A model generated the notes under the pieces. That model saw only the letters and a program-made list of their open reading frames with translations. It did not search any database and was not told where the DNA came from. DNA of 56,518 nucleotides, counting the filler, from Platydemus manokwari (lineage: Eukaryota), in the NCBI GenBank assembly GCA_037951405.1. It is 5 parts of 5 records of this genome, joined end to end, with 100 filler letters (N's around TTAATTAATTAA, not from the genome) between each part and the next. Parts side by side here need not be neighbours in the genome. Positions count along the whole stretch, not along the records: positions 10,361 to 22,967 come from JBBMOY010055569.1; positions 23,068 to 33,353 come from JBBMOY011148993.1; 3 more parts are not named here. One strand, written 5' to 3'. The position numbers and the translations under genes are program-made. Positions 13,899 through 26,000 of the stretch are shown in pieces; position 1 is the first letter of the stretch; every line of letters starts with the position of its first letter.

Positions 13899-15035
13899 AT
13901 GAATTTCGAATTAATTTTGTCCAGAAATCTGCCACACAGTTTCAATGATTTATCAACAGAAGAAAAGTTATAAAATTCCATCATTATTAATTTATGTGAA
14001 TCGATCTGATTTAGAATAAAAGAAATTGAAAAATTGGATCACATTTATCTCGATCGTGAAAATTTATCCAAAATCGAAAACTTAGATTTTTTATCAATCA
14101 ATGTCACTCATATTTATCTTCAAAATGTAAGAATATTTGTTAACGAATGACTTTCATTGAATGTGATATCAGAATAAAATCGAGAAGATCGAAAATTTGG
14201 AGTGTCTTAGGAATTTGCGATGTTTGATTTTGTCAAATAATTTGCTGAATAAAATTGAAAATATCAAACATTTGAAACGATTGCAATCATTGGATGTTTC
14301 GAATAATGAAATTGTAAATATTTCTCCGGGTAAATTGGATTTTATTCTTATTCTATTGGTGAAATGGATTCCTGTTTTTATGGGTTATTTTATGATTTCA
14401 ACTTTTGAGATGCCAGCGAGGGAGTTATTTTGGACATTTTATTCATTATTTCTCGGAAAATGTTAATTTTTCATTATAAAAACAGCGAAAATTTATTTTC
14501 CTGTGGGGGGTATCCATGCTAACCTATGAGGGTTTTTACAATTTTATCAGCCAAAGATTTATTATTGACTTGATTGATTCCCGGATAAGCAGAAATTATA
14601 ATTGATGTAATCTTGTATTGATTTTTATAAAGGGTTTCATCTTGAACTGGTGTTTGAAATGTTTTTTCTCTCCTCAGATGAGATTCCCCGATCGCTTGTG
14701 ACACTCAATATTAAAGGAAACCCGCTGATTTTGTCGGACAAATTACAGCCATTCAATGCAGAATTGCCTTTATTAATCGTGCTTGATGATGCAGATGTGA
14801 AAAAATCAACACCAAACGATGGCCATGAACTGACATGCGGTAAAGCATTGAGTTGGTAGCAGTGGGTTGTGATTGATTTGATGGGTTTTTAGATGATGAC
14901 GAGATTGGCGAGAATGTGATGGCCATGTTAAATCGTTCACAACAACGAGTGGAGAATAATTATCGCCAGAGATTAGCTTATAATGATGACATATTGGAAA
15001 TGAAAGATCGTTTGAAGCAATTTATTCAATCCTGA
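13899..15035 (+). CDS. LRRC46: Leucine-rich repeat protein 46; exons 13899-13966, 14015-14126, 14173-14329, 14678-14839, 14893-15035
   Basis: All introns GT-AG with consistent phases. Spliced protein MNFELILSRNL..HIYLDRENLSKIENLD..HIYLQNNKIEKIENLECL..LDVSNNEI..DEIPRSLVTLNIKGNP..ELPLLIVLD matches the LRRC46 pattern (LDRE, LYLQ.NKI..IENL, DE.P.SL..LN..GN, LPLL..LD). A further 5' exon cannot be excluded. Confidence 0.85.
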
Positions 15036-15129
15036 TTATCGGCTTGAATCAGGAATGAATTTGATTGGATAGAAATATTTATTGATTTTTGATGAGATTT
15101 TCATGAATGATTGTGGTTTGATGAGTGTT

Positions 15130-15350
15130 TATTGATTATCGATATTATTGATTGGTCATAGATATTGATTGGTTGTCGATATTATTGATTGATTATCGAT
15201 ATTATTGATTGGTTGTCGATATTATTGATTGGTTATCGATATTATTGATTGGTTGCCGATTTGTTGAATGATTATTGATTGGTTACCTGTATTGTTGCTT
15301 GGTTATCGGTATCATTGGTTGACTATCGATTTATTGATTGATTATCGATT
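15130..15350. repeat. ~20-bp minisatellite (attattgattggttatcgat)n
   Basis: Clear 20-nt period at 15161-15260, degenerating on both sides. Confidence 0.9.
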
Positions 15351-15640
15351 GATTTCAATCCAATAAGAAATCATCAATTATTAATGTGATGTCATCATAT
15401 ATCACAGCATTTATTGTTGATTATCGATAATATTGATTAATTTCAATTCCTCAATCCAATAAGAGGTCATCAATTATTAATGTGATATCATAATATATCA
15501 CAGTATTGATTACCGATAATACTGATTGATTTCAATCCAATAAGAAATCATCAATTATTAATATTGATTGATTTCAATTCCTCAATCCAATAAGAGATCA
15601 TCCATTATTAATGTGATATCATAATATATCACAACAATGA
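15345..15640. repeat. Compound tandem repeat (ttgatttcaat[tcctcaat]ccaataagaaatcatcaattattaatgtgatatcataatatatcaca), about 4 variant units
   Basis: Core ccaataagaaatcatcaattattaat (or close variants) at about 15360, 15456, 15537 and 15587. Confidence 0.85.
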
Positions 15641-18600
15641 TTTGACATTTCTGTGAAAATTTACTCGAACAAGTCAGCATTAATAAACATAAAATACTCG
15701 AACAATCCGAAATATTGATTTATCAATACACTTCAATTCGACCAAAATTAATATGTGTGTCTAATGTGTTGAGTTTTCGCTTAATTATAAGCTTTTATAT
15801 AACTGATATTATAGCACTATCAAAGGGATTTTTGGTGATAAATATCAAATATATTAATAATTTGCCCATTGTTAAATTCATCTGACTCGCGTGGGTTTTT
15901 GCTTTTTGGGCTGTCCAACATTAAACGTCAAACTCATGCATCACTGTCAAAATTGATATAGATAATATGAACCGGAAAAGTAAAAACACCAATAAAGTTG
16001 TAATGCGGATGTAAGCAAACTATCCCAAACTGATCTATGACTGTTGAAATCAATATGAATAAAATTAAAACCATTTCAATTGATTGTAATTAATTTGAGT
16101 TCACAAATCCGAACATAAGAAACTTAAAAAATCAATTATTAGTTAATTGATTCAATGATCTCCGAAAAACTCTCGAGAAAAGAGAGAAACCTCATAAACA
16201 TAATGAAGAAAAAGATAAAATTGAAAAAGAAAGGAAAAGGAATTACAAGCTTACTTTAAGAAAAAGCAAGAGTAACAAGCACACATCAAACAACAATAAT
16301 ACCACATTGACAACACAAAACATCTCTCCTAATAAAAGCACTAATAAAGTGGAAAGCTTTAAAGAGAAAAGAAGGCATGAAAAATGTAAAAAACTTCGAT
16401 GTCGACGTTGACAAATCTTCTCAGAATATCAACAAAATTCCCATGGAAAATACTACGAGGAAGCACTGATTCAAACAGACAGCTCAAAAAGAGTCGAACT
16501 TATCAAAATAATACAAAATAACTAGCATAATGAAACACTGGAAAGACATTAAGAAAATTACAACGAAATTTCACAGACCAAATTCTCTTCATGGATAAAA
16601 AAATTCAAGGCCGACTTCCTGGTATAATTCATTAAGTTAACAGATAAGTGGTAGAATTTGAAGTTTAAACAGTGAGGTAAATAAGCTGACAGAAAATTAC
16701 AAATTTTTATTCCATCTTTTATTATATTCTGTTTAGGAATTTCAATTTATTTCAAATTGTCTATTTTGACTCCGACCTATGAGGTTGATGTTTATTGTTA
16801 GAGAGAGCTCAAAAAAGTCAAAACCCAAGAGTCAGAGGAACTTAACAATGGGGAAATTAGTAATACTATCCGAAAGTGTATAGATAAGAGTACATAATAT
16901 GTGTGTAATAAGTCAAATAATCAATAACGATAAAGAAGACGTGTAAACAATGCTATCAAATGAAAAATAGAGCTCTGATACATCCAATGAACACACAAAA
17001 TAAGCCTATTCAAGAATTTGATTTCAAGAGCATCGTTTGATATTCGAACAAGAGTTTATGTTTCGACAAATTCTTTTTTGGGTATTTTGTGAAGATAATT
17101 TCGAAATTTGTATCTAATCTTCAGTCGGAGATTGTCACGAATTGAACGAAATTAAAATATAAGCAATTTACCATGATGAACTGAAATAAAATCAAAAATA
17201 TAATCCAACAAATATGATTAGATTCTGTAAATAATATCCAAGTATGAATTCGAATACGATATTTCTTCACGAAATTATTGTGCGAGATATACTGTGTAGT
17301 ACTTATTGACTCATTACTGATTCCTGTTTTAGAGATTATTTATGTTGCCATGGTAATTCACAATGTTTTCGTGGTCACGTATGTTAAATATCCATAGTTA
17401 CAAATTAAAAATTCTGAGCAACATGAAAATTTGGAATTAGATTTTTAAATGATATGCTTTATATCATAACTATCTGTGTTTTATATCGTGTATTATAATA
17501 TCCAGCCATTGTGCTATTGATTGGATCACCTTCTAAACTAAAAAAATAGAAAAATATCCACTAATTTTCTTAAAAAGCTGTTTCCATCGGACTCATTTCT
17601 GTCCAATCATTAGTGGCTGAGGATAAGTGAAAAATCAATGAAAAATTCAAAACCTGAAACCAAAAACCAATACATTTTTGCAACTAATAAGTTACTTACA
17701 ATATTCTTTTCAAAATTTATTCATCGAATGACCATTCAAGTAATAATGTTTATTTGATGTGGGTATCTAAGATGGCAAATTGTATTCGGACTCGCCAGCT
17801 TGCTAACTCCAAACAGCTAAGCAGCAAATTCAAGACATTTCTTAATCACTGCGCTCAGAGAGATTTAAAAACACTAAAAATTAGACATTTAAAATCTTAA
17901 AAATAACTTAAACAACAAATTTAAAATCAGATCAAATCATTTTTGAAAATAATGAGAATAAAGCACCAAGCTCTTTTTTTAAAAGTTCAACAGATTTACA
18001 GCAGTAAACCACAATTTAAACAGGTGATCACGACATAATAATTGATTGCAGTCAAGTTAGATTATTCATAGAATAAAATTGGATAAAGCTTACAAAGCTA
18101 ATCTATAGATGATTTATCAGATATTGTTTATCATGCGTTACATTACTGGAAGTATGTGTTTAATGGATTGCTTATTATTGTTGTCATCTAATTGAATGGA
18201 TGAGTTATTCATAAATGTTGAACTATTTTTCATTTCCTTCTTCCGATGAAGATGTTCAATTCGGAATTCTGTATTGGTCCAAGATCTGAATTCGATATGG
18301 TCTATCGAGAAGTGTTTATCGATTTAGTGTTTATGGTTTTCTCATGTCTTCTTTTAAAGTACTGAATTTAAATATATTTTCATTTTAAAATTCCAAGATA
18401 GAGTGATGACTATCGATTGAGTCAAGACTGAGCCATATCAATTGGGATAATATAAACTCTCCCGTTACCAAAATAACATAAACGCTGATACTGAAACGCT
18501 TACTTATCGCTTGCTAGCCCTCATTCGTGGACATGTCTCTGAAATATTTATAAATCTCTAAATCAATAAATTTCAATGATACTGTTGTCTGAAAGTTATT

Positions 18601-19738
18601 TATACACCGGTCACGGAGGCTTGAACAACACATCAAGCAAATTGTATTTTCATTATCGAGATCTTTTTAATCAATGTGTGTTGCTAATTGAACCGTGCAA
18701 TTTATTATTGATATTTCTACTTAATAGCTGTATTTGTATAACATAGCTTACTGTTTTATGTGTTTGAAAATAATAATTGAGATTAGATGGAATAAGTTTC
18801 ACTGTTGAATGGAACATGAAGAACCTGTGACAACTCATCAGTCACTAACAATGATTACGCGTCGATTTCTTTTGTTTATCTGTGAAGTAACTACGCGGTA
18901 ATTCTGTGATGAAATGAACCATTTAAAAGATGAGCACAAATGAATTCTAACTAGTAGATTAGCCAATTATAGCCATTAACAAACTGTATTCTATCATTTA
19001 TATTTTAATGAATTACCAGACAAAGTAGAACAAAGTTTACTCTGACTTGTGCTTATGTTCACTCGTTAGACATGTTGAGGAATTCATGTATAATGAATGG
19101 TACAAAGTCACAAAATCAGTTATCAGTTATCAGAACATTTATATAGATTTGAGATGATTTAATAAGTGTTTCAAAAACAAGCCTTCAACTTGTTTTTCTT
19201 TCATTGAGATCGATTAATAAAATAACCATTTGAATCAATATGGTTGTCCCACTGATTGTCCCAGTTTATTCAAGTTTGTTTTGTATTTCGACTTTTAAAG
19301 TGGATTGAGAGAACTCACATATTTGGAATAAATTAATGACGTTGTTAAATTGATGATTCACCTTATGTGTTGAAATCAAACAATCAAGGCACAACATGGG
19401 AAAATGAAAGGTGCAATCAGGCACACACACAAACACACAAAATAGATTCCACCAATGAAAAAATGGAATCCATATCAGCTCAACACACACACGCACACAA
19501 TGAATGATCGCATTGCCAAGCATCTAACACAACTCAATTAGCTGACGAATAGTAAATATTCAAGGAAAAATCGATTTTTCTCTCAATCACTTGTTAGCAA
19601 CAAATACATACCGACAAACAATCGATAAAACAAAAAATCAATATTTATTGTTATCATGACTAGAGCATCTGTCATCTGGTTAAAGAAAATAAAATATTCA
19701 AAAATATGAAGCAAGCGGCCCGTGATGATGATATTTGA

Positions 19739-20713
19739 TCACAAAAATAATTTTGGATCCGCAATGGGATCCCTCTGGTTCCGGAACCGAATGGCCAACC
19801 AAACTCCGATTATCTGAAAATAGAAACAAGTTAAGCGGCCAATTAAAACAGGGTCAGAAAAATCGATATTTGAAGTTTGGAATCACCTCAGTGAAACTGA
19901 AGAGCAACCCAACAACACCCGTCACCTTGACAGCAGCGTCGAGATTGTTGTACAGCTTGGTCCAGCAAACTACACAAGGACAGTCATTGTAGCGCCCCTT
20001 CGTACCAGTGCAGCACGATGTCTGGTTCGCTACGATCCCTTGGCAACACTGGAGCTGCAAAATGTAATCAGGGATTCACGAGCCTAGCAACGATAAATGC
20101 TCACATTTAGCTCATTGCATTTCAAGTTGGGATCGTGATTTATGTCGTTCCAAAACAGGCCACAGCAATTGAACGTCGTCATAACATCGATTTGGGCAGG
20201 CCGCGAATTTTCCCAGCCTCGCTTTACCAAATATTTTTCCATTTTTTCATTGACCGCCAAACATGCGCAAGCAATCGAAAATTGAACGAGAAATAAAATA
20301 AACAAGATTATAATGTACTGAATTAGAGATAATTTCCGTTGAGGAAAACAATTCAATTCAATGGTTTTTCCAATAAATAAATCTCTACAATATTTACATC
20401 TCAAAGGATACGAAAAACAAAGCAATTTGATTATGTTTAGAAGTGGCAAAAATGCCCAAGGAAGCTATTAAAGCCAAAAGCACACCGCAAACAATTATCC
20501 CTCCACAAATACTAACACTCGTCACTACAGCCGACAATCTAGCATATGCTCCGAGTAAGATCAAAAGCATTGCCACAAGCTGAATTACAGTAAAAACAAA
20601 AAAAATTATAAAAATAAGAATAAATTAAAATAAATAAAAAAGAATTAACTTACGATATAAATGACATTCAGAGCGAACAATGAACTTCTCAAACATTTGA
20701 AGTTAATTAACAT
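19739..20713 (-). CDS. TSPAN31: Tetraspanin, TSPAN13/TSPAN31 subfamily (227 aa); exons 20713-20654, 20579-20412, 20317-20105, 20054-19887, 19813-19739
   Basis: Phase-0 GT-AG introns; four TM segments; KHNQIALFF|YIIILFILFLVQFSIACACLA; CCG motif; C-terminus FSFTE|IIGVWLAIRFRNQRDPIADPKLFL typical of TSPAN13/31. TSPAN13 and TSPAN31 cannot be distinguished here. Confidence 0.92.
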
Positions 20714-22175
20714 ATTTCAATATATCGCATAATAAATAATAACAGTTTTAAATATTAAAAGAAATTTCTAATTCATATGTAACTAAACATGTTTTAAAAT
20801 AATTTACAATCTTAATTTTATAGAAGTCCATTTCAAGATAAAAGTTATTTTTTTTAAGAAAAATAATTTGAAATATCTAAATTTACTTTAATTTCAAAAT
20901 AATTTTTTGGTTGAATAATCTGCTTTATTAACTTGCTTTCATTATAATGAATTTCCACGCAGGAATTAATTTTATTACATAATTGTATATAAAATTGCAA
21001 TGCTTGATTTATTCTTATAATTCAGTTCAATCCTCATTTTTTAGGATGTCTAATATGAATATGACATAATTTTAAAACCACGTTCATATTTTAATTACAC
21101 ACTTCTATCTGATTGTTTTAGTTTTAAAATTTTAATTTTTTTTATAAATCGAGTTAGTTAACTACAGTCACATTTAACAGTATCAAAGATTATTTTTATA
21201 GAAGCAACTGTAAAAAGTGAAAATATCTATTAATTTACTTCTAGTGTTAAAAAGGCTCCTCACTCATTTTCAATAAATTGCAATTCGATCTACTTTGATC
21301 CGTTTTTCAAATAGTGAAATTTTAGAAGTTTTTAAAGCTCTAGTGCATTTACTATTTGTTTTCCAGCAACTAAAATTCTTCTTACGAACTTAAATAAAAA
21401 ATTTAAAACGTTTTAAAAGAATATGATTAAATAAACTATATAGATTTTTGAAAAAAAAATTTAAAAATTAAATAAAAAAAATTCTAATATTTATTTCAAC
21501 ACAAATATTGGACTTTTCGATACCTCACATCATTTTTGTTTGTATGATCCATGATTTTTCTATAGGTTTCTTCCTGATTGATGGCATAGAAATTCTTCTA
21601 ACATCCATAATTTCCAGCATGTTCCAATCTTGGCCCTTGCCATTGATTTTTTTGATTTTCTGATTTTTTGATTGATGAAATGATGAGCAGATTGATAATT
21701 GTAGACTGAGTCGAATAAATATAAAATCTCAAATTTTGCACGAATTTTTGGGGGTCTCGAATACGAGTTGGTATTGATAGGACGTCATTGAGAATAGTGA
21801 ATAATTGATTAATAAAGTGTTGAGTGAATATGATCGAAAAATTGGGGCACAAGTATTTGATTCAGAACTTTGACTCGGGATCGGATAACTGTTTGAGACG
21901 AATAAGTTCAACTCTTGTTTGGGCATCAGTTGATTTTCAGTCTACGCTCAGTACTTAGGATGCGTGCAGGGTGGGAATTTTCGGGACATACGGGCAGTAC
22001 TAGGAACTCCTTAATGGTTTCTGCTTTGGTTAGAATAGAAAGAATTAATATCATTGGAGATCCGAGCCGAGTTTGGGTGGTGTTTCCAAGACAAGTTGTC
22101 AATCTTTTTCTGAAGATGAGACTGAATGATTTGCAAGGAAGAGATGTGCTGTGAATCGTAGACTTGTTTTAATTA

Positions 22176-22445
22176 GGGGTTACTCTGCCGAATTTTTCAA
22201 AAAGTACGCGCACTTATCGGGAGCTTTTTCTTAAGTTAGAGTAGATGGGACGTAATTGAATTTTTGTGGAGTTCTCAAGTTTTATCGAAGAGGAATTTAG
22301 AGTTTTCTATTGATAGGCTAATAATTGTGATGTTTGGGTTTTGATGGGGTTGCTCGACCGAATATCTAAAATAATGAACACATTTGTCGGAAGCTTTTTA
22401 ATAAGTCAATATAGGCAGGACGTTATTGAATTTTTTTGGAATCAG
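22176..22445. repeat. Diverged direct duplication, offset 170 bp
   Basis: ggggttactctgccgaat..cgggagctttttc..ggacgtaattgaatttttgtgga (22176) versus ggggttgctcgaccgaat..cggaagcttttta..ggacgttattgaatttttttgga (22346). Confidence 0.8.
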
Positions 22446-22967
22446 ATTTTTTCTTTTGTCGAATCATTTGCTATTATCAGTCCGATGATGTTTGTGAGAT
22501 GAATGATGGTTGAGACTGATCGTGGCTTTCAGAAATTGATGAGTTTTGGAAAAATGAATTTTGTAAAAGTGACCGAGGGTTCCTCCCTGAAGTCAGACCG
22601 GAGCCGAGTCATTTGAGATAGACAATTTTGAATATATCCCGAAAAGAATGCCCGTATTCGCCCAGTTCTTCCCCAGAGTCCTCCTTGAATGATTATTCTG
22701 AATAAAAACTATGTATAAAAATTACACAAATACACTGAACAAATTTAAAATTCTATTTCAGAACCCTTTTTCTTTACTTTAGCTGAAAAATTTAAATTAT
22801 AAAAAGTAAATATCATAAAAATGGGCTTAAGTTAATAAAAAGGGTCCTTTGATCGACTTTCGTTGTAATGAATTTTCACACATGAGATATTTTTATAACT
22901 TAATTTTATTCCTAACTGCTATGTTTGATTTATTCGTATAATTTAGTTAATATCTCATTTTTTAAGA

Positions 22968-23067
22968 NNNNNNNNNNNNNNNNNNNNNNNNNNNNNNNNN
23001 NNNNNNNNNNNTTAATTAATTAANNNNNNNNNNNNNNNNNNNNNNNNNNNNNNNNNNNNNNNNNNNN
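22968..23067. other. Assembly gap with linker
   Basis: 44N + TTAATTAATTAA + 44N. Confidence 0.98.
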
Positions 23068-26000
23068 TAAGTAAGAAGAATATGTAGATAGATATTCTAA
23101 TATGTGATTTACACGAAATGATCTTACTATTTTCACGATCAGTAGCAATTATAGTATTACTTATTCATTTTATACTTTTATTATTAACAAAATTTATTAT
23201 TAAACTAAAATGATTACCAAATGATAATTAAATTTACCTCTAATATTATTAATTTTCTTATCATTAATTTTAACTAAAATTATTATTATTTCTAATAAAC
23301 TATCCCATTTCTTAAGTGTGAAGGGTTTTTAATTATTATTGTTATTCTATTTTTAAGTGTCTAGATTCTAGACTGTTGCACAGAAATAAAAAGGAAAAAA
23401 ATAAATATTAACAATTCCAAGATAGTCATTTACAGAATTTTACATTTCATAACGTTTAAAGATAAAACTGTTTGTTACCATATTACACTTAATAAAAATT
23501 CGATCAATACTCATATACACAGTATCATGCAAGTGTTTTTTCAAAGTCTGATTTTTGGAAAACCCGACATTGTCATGATAAATATCGGAGTTATTTTACC
23601 AAGTGATGATTCAATGTTATTGATTTTCGATGGATTTTGTTGTTGATATTTAAAGAGCTGCCATATGGAATTGTTTCGGAATCGGTTTGTATCTGCTTTG
23701 TTAATTTAGAATATTGCGTATTGTTGGGTATATCACAAATCAATCAAAAAAGTTTCAAGAACCAAAATAAAACCCTAAAATGGGTCAATACACACAAACT
23801 CGATAAACACACATGCCCATGACCAATCAGATTAATTCTAATGTTAATCCATATTTAGAAGCTAAGAATCGACAGGCACATGCCTACAAACGGCAGCAAG
23901 CTCAAATATCTGCCAATGACATGAGAGATATAAGGAAAATCTCAAATAAATCGATCCACAAACAAATTCAGGGAACTGAAAGAGGTCTATAAAAGAGGTT
24001 GAATTCCATGGATTCTTGCCAGTCTTTATTGGTCCGTAACTTTAGTGCTTAGCTTATGTGTGATTTCAGTAATCAGTATTTTTGATTACTCTTCATTCTG
24101 TTTTTAACTTTCGGCGTTGATCCCATCTTGAGTGATTTTATTTATCGAATTGCGTAAAGATTTGTTATTGTTATCATTGAGACTTCGAGTGTATTATTTT
24201 GGTTAATAGAGATTTGTACATTCTAATTGTTGTTTGATAACCCAACAATATGTAAAGAAGAACAAAGTGGTAATTAGGGCAAGGAAGGGTGAGATGATGG
24301 TTCATACCCTTATTTCCCAACAAAACAAGCGAGCAAAAAAGCTCACCAAAGCAATGAAATAACCCAACTAGTCATTCACAATTTACTTTTTCAAAGTTCA
24401 TCTCTATTTCAAAAGAAAATTTATTTTTTTTGAGAATTGGTAAAGCTACTTCACTAATTTTCAAAGTCCATTCATCCATGAATAGCCATTGAAAATATTA
24501 TTACTGAAAAACATCAGTTACCAATGTTTAAAATTTTTTTCAATCAAACATATTATTAAATCGAGATTAAAATAAATATTGGTTTGAGATTTGCCAGAAC
24601 ATCTGCTTTGCTTTTATGACCGTATCAAAAAAACATTATTGAGAATGGATTCTTTAATAGACTTACATCGGAATTTATTTTAATAAAGCTAAATGTTGTT
24701 AAAGCTCAGATTTTTATATTATTATGGATTTTTATTGACGGAAATAAATCATCGATATGACTACTAACCACCAAGTTAGTTTTCTTATGTTAAACGGTAA
24801 TTCATAATTTTACTATTCGGTTGTCACTGCATTTCGCTTTGATGTTTTCGAAAAATGTGCATTAACAGTCGTTTATTGGTTCTTAAGAATAAATGTTTTC
24901 TTAGGTGTGCCTTTAGATGTCGATTAAATTTTTGCATTTCAACATATGGTTGGTATTCATGATTAAAATGACCACAGTCTGAAACTCATGATTTTGATCT
25001 ACGCGTAGACACCGTAAGAAATAGTCAATCGTATCGATTGAAATTTTGATTATTATTTAAAGATGATTCCCAGATGGCATATAAATCAGATTTTTAATAA
25101 TGAAATGCAATATTTTTTTATTGGAAATAACGCTATATGATTTATTCTTTATTTTTGCCGAATTTTTTAAAATAAATTTAAAATAATTTGTGAAATATAT
25201 TGAATTGAAAAATATGTCTTTGATTTTTTGATATAAGTCTTATAATGAATATTTGTTGATTACAATTACAAGTGCTGTTTCAGCACTTTCAACAATTCAA
25301 AGAAATTCCACATTTATAATGGCTTCTATTTTGACATTTATAATCAGGTGTTTGGGCGTTCTCAACTTTCTAAGATTCCAACTGGAGTTGTTGATTTATG
25401 TCTTGGCATAGTTATGTATTTTGAAAAATTGAAATCTTCTTTATATATCGATTCGAATTTGTCGATGATAATGTGAATATGAATCTGTAGTCATGTGGTT
25501 ATGTAAAGTATGTAAGTAGGAGTTCAAAAAAAACAATGATCTATATTTAGTAAAAGGTGTGATATAGAAAATTTTAAAAGCTGGTTAGTCAGCTGGTGTC
25601 AATCTGTCTGTTGTTCAAGAGTCGCAAAATAGCACATCGAAGGGAGTTCTATAAAATTATGATGCAGTGGTTTGTTTTTTATATTCCTTCATATTTTTGA
25701 ATTATGTTTCAATCCTCTATGTCAAGAAGTTGATTACTAGCCTCCCATCAAGAATTAGTTAAGTGTCATGAAAGCCATTATGATAGAATGAAGTCATTTA
25801 TTTTTTATTCATTATTCTATCAACGATAAATAAATAACACGATAAAAACATTTTATTTGTTATAAATCGTATGGATAATGACAGTATTGATATCGAAAAA
25901 TGATGTAGAAAATAAGAAGATCAACAATATTTAATGATGTTCACTGTGTTCCCATAGCATAGGGACTTTTCTAAATATTTTACGAAATTGTTGAGTTCTA

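Noticed and set aside
15130-15640. CRISPR-like array
   Set aside because: No unique spacers and no cas genes; eukaryotic minisatellite.
19735-19992. 85-aa plus-strand ORF
   Set aside because: Antisense to the tetraspanin exons.
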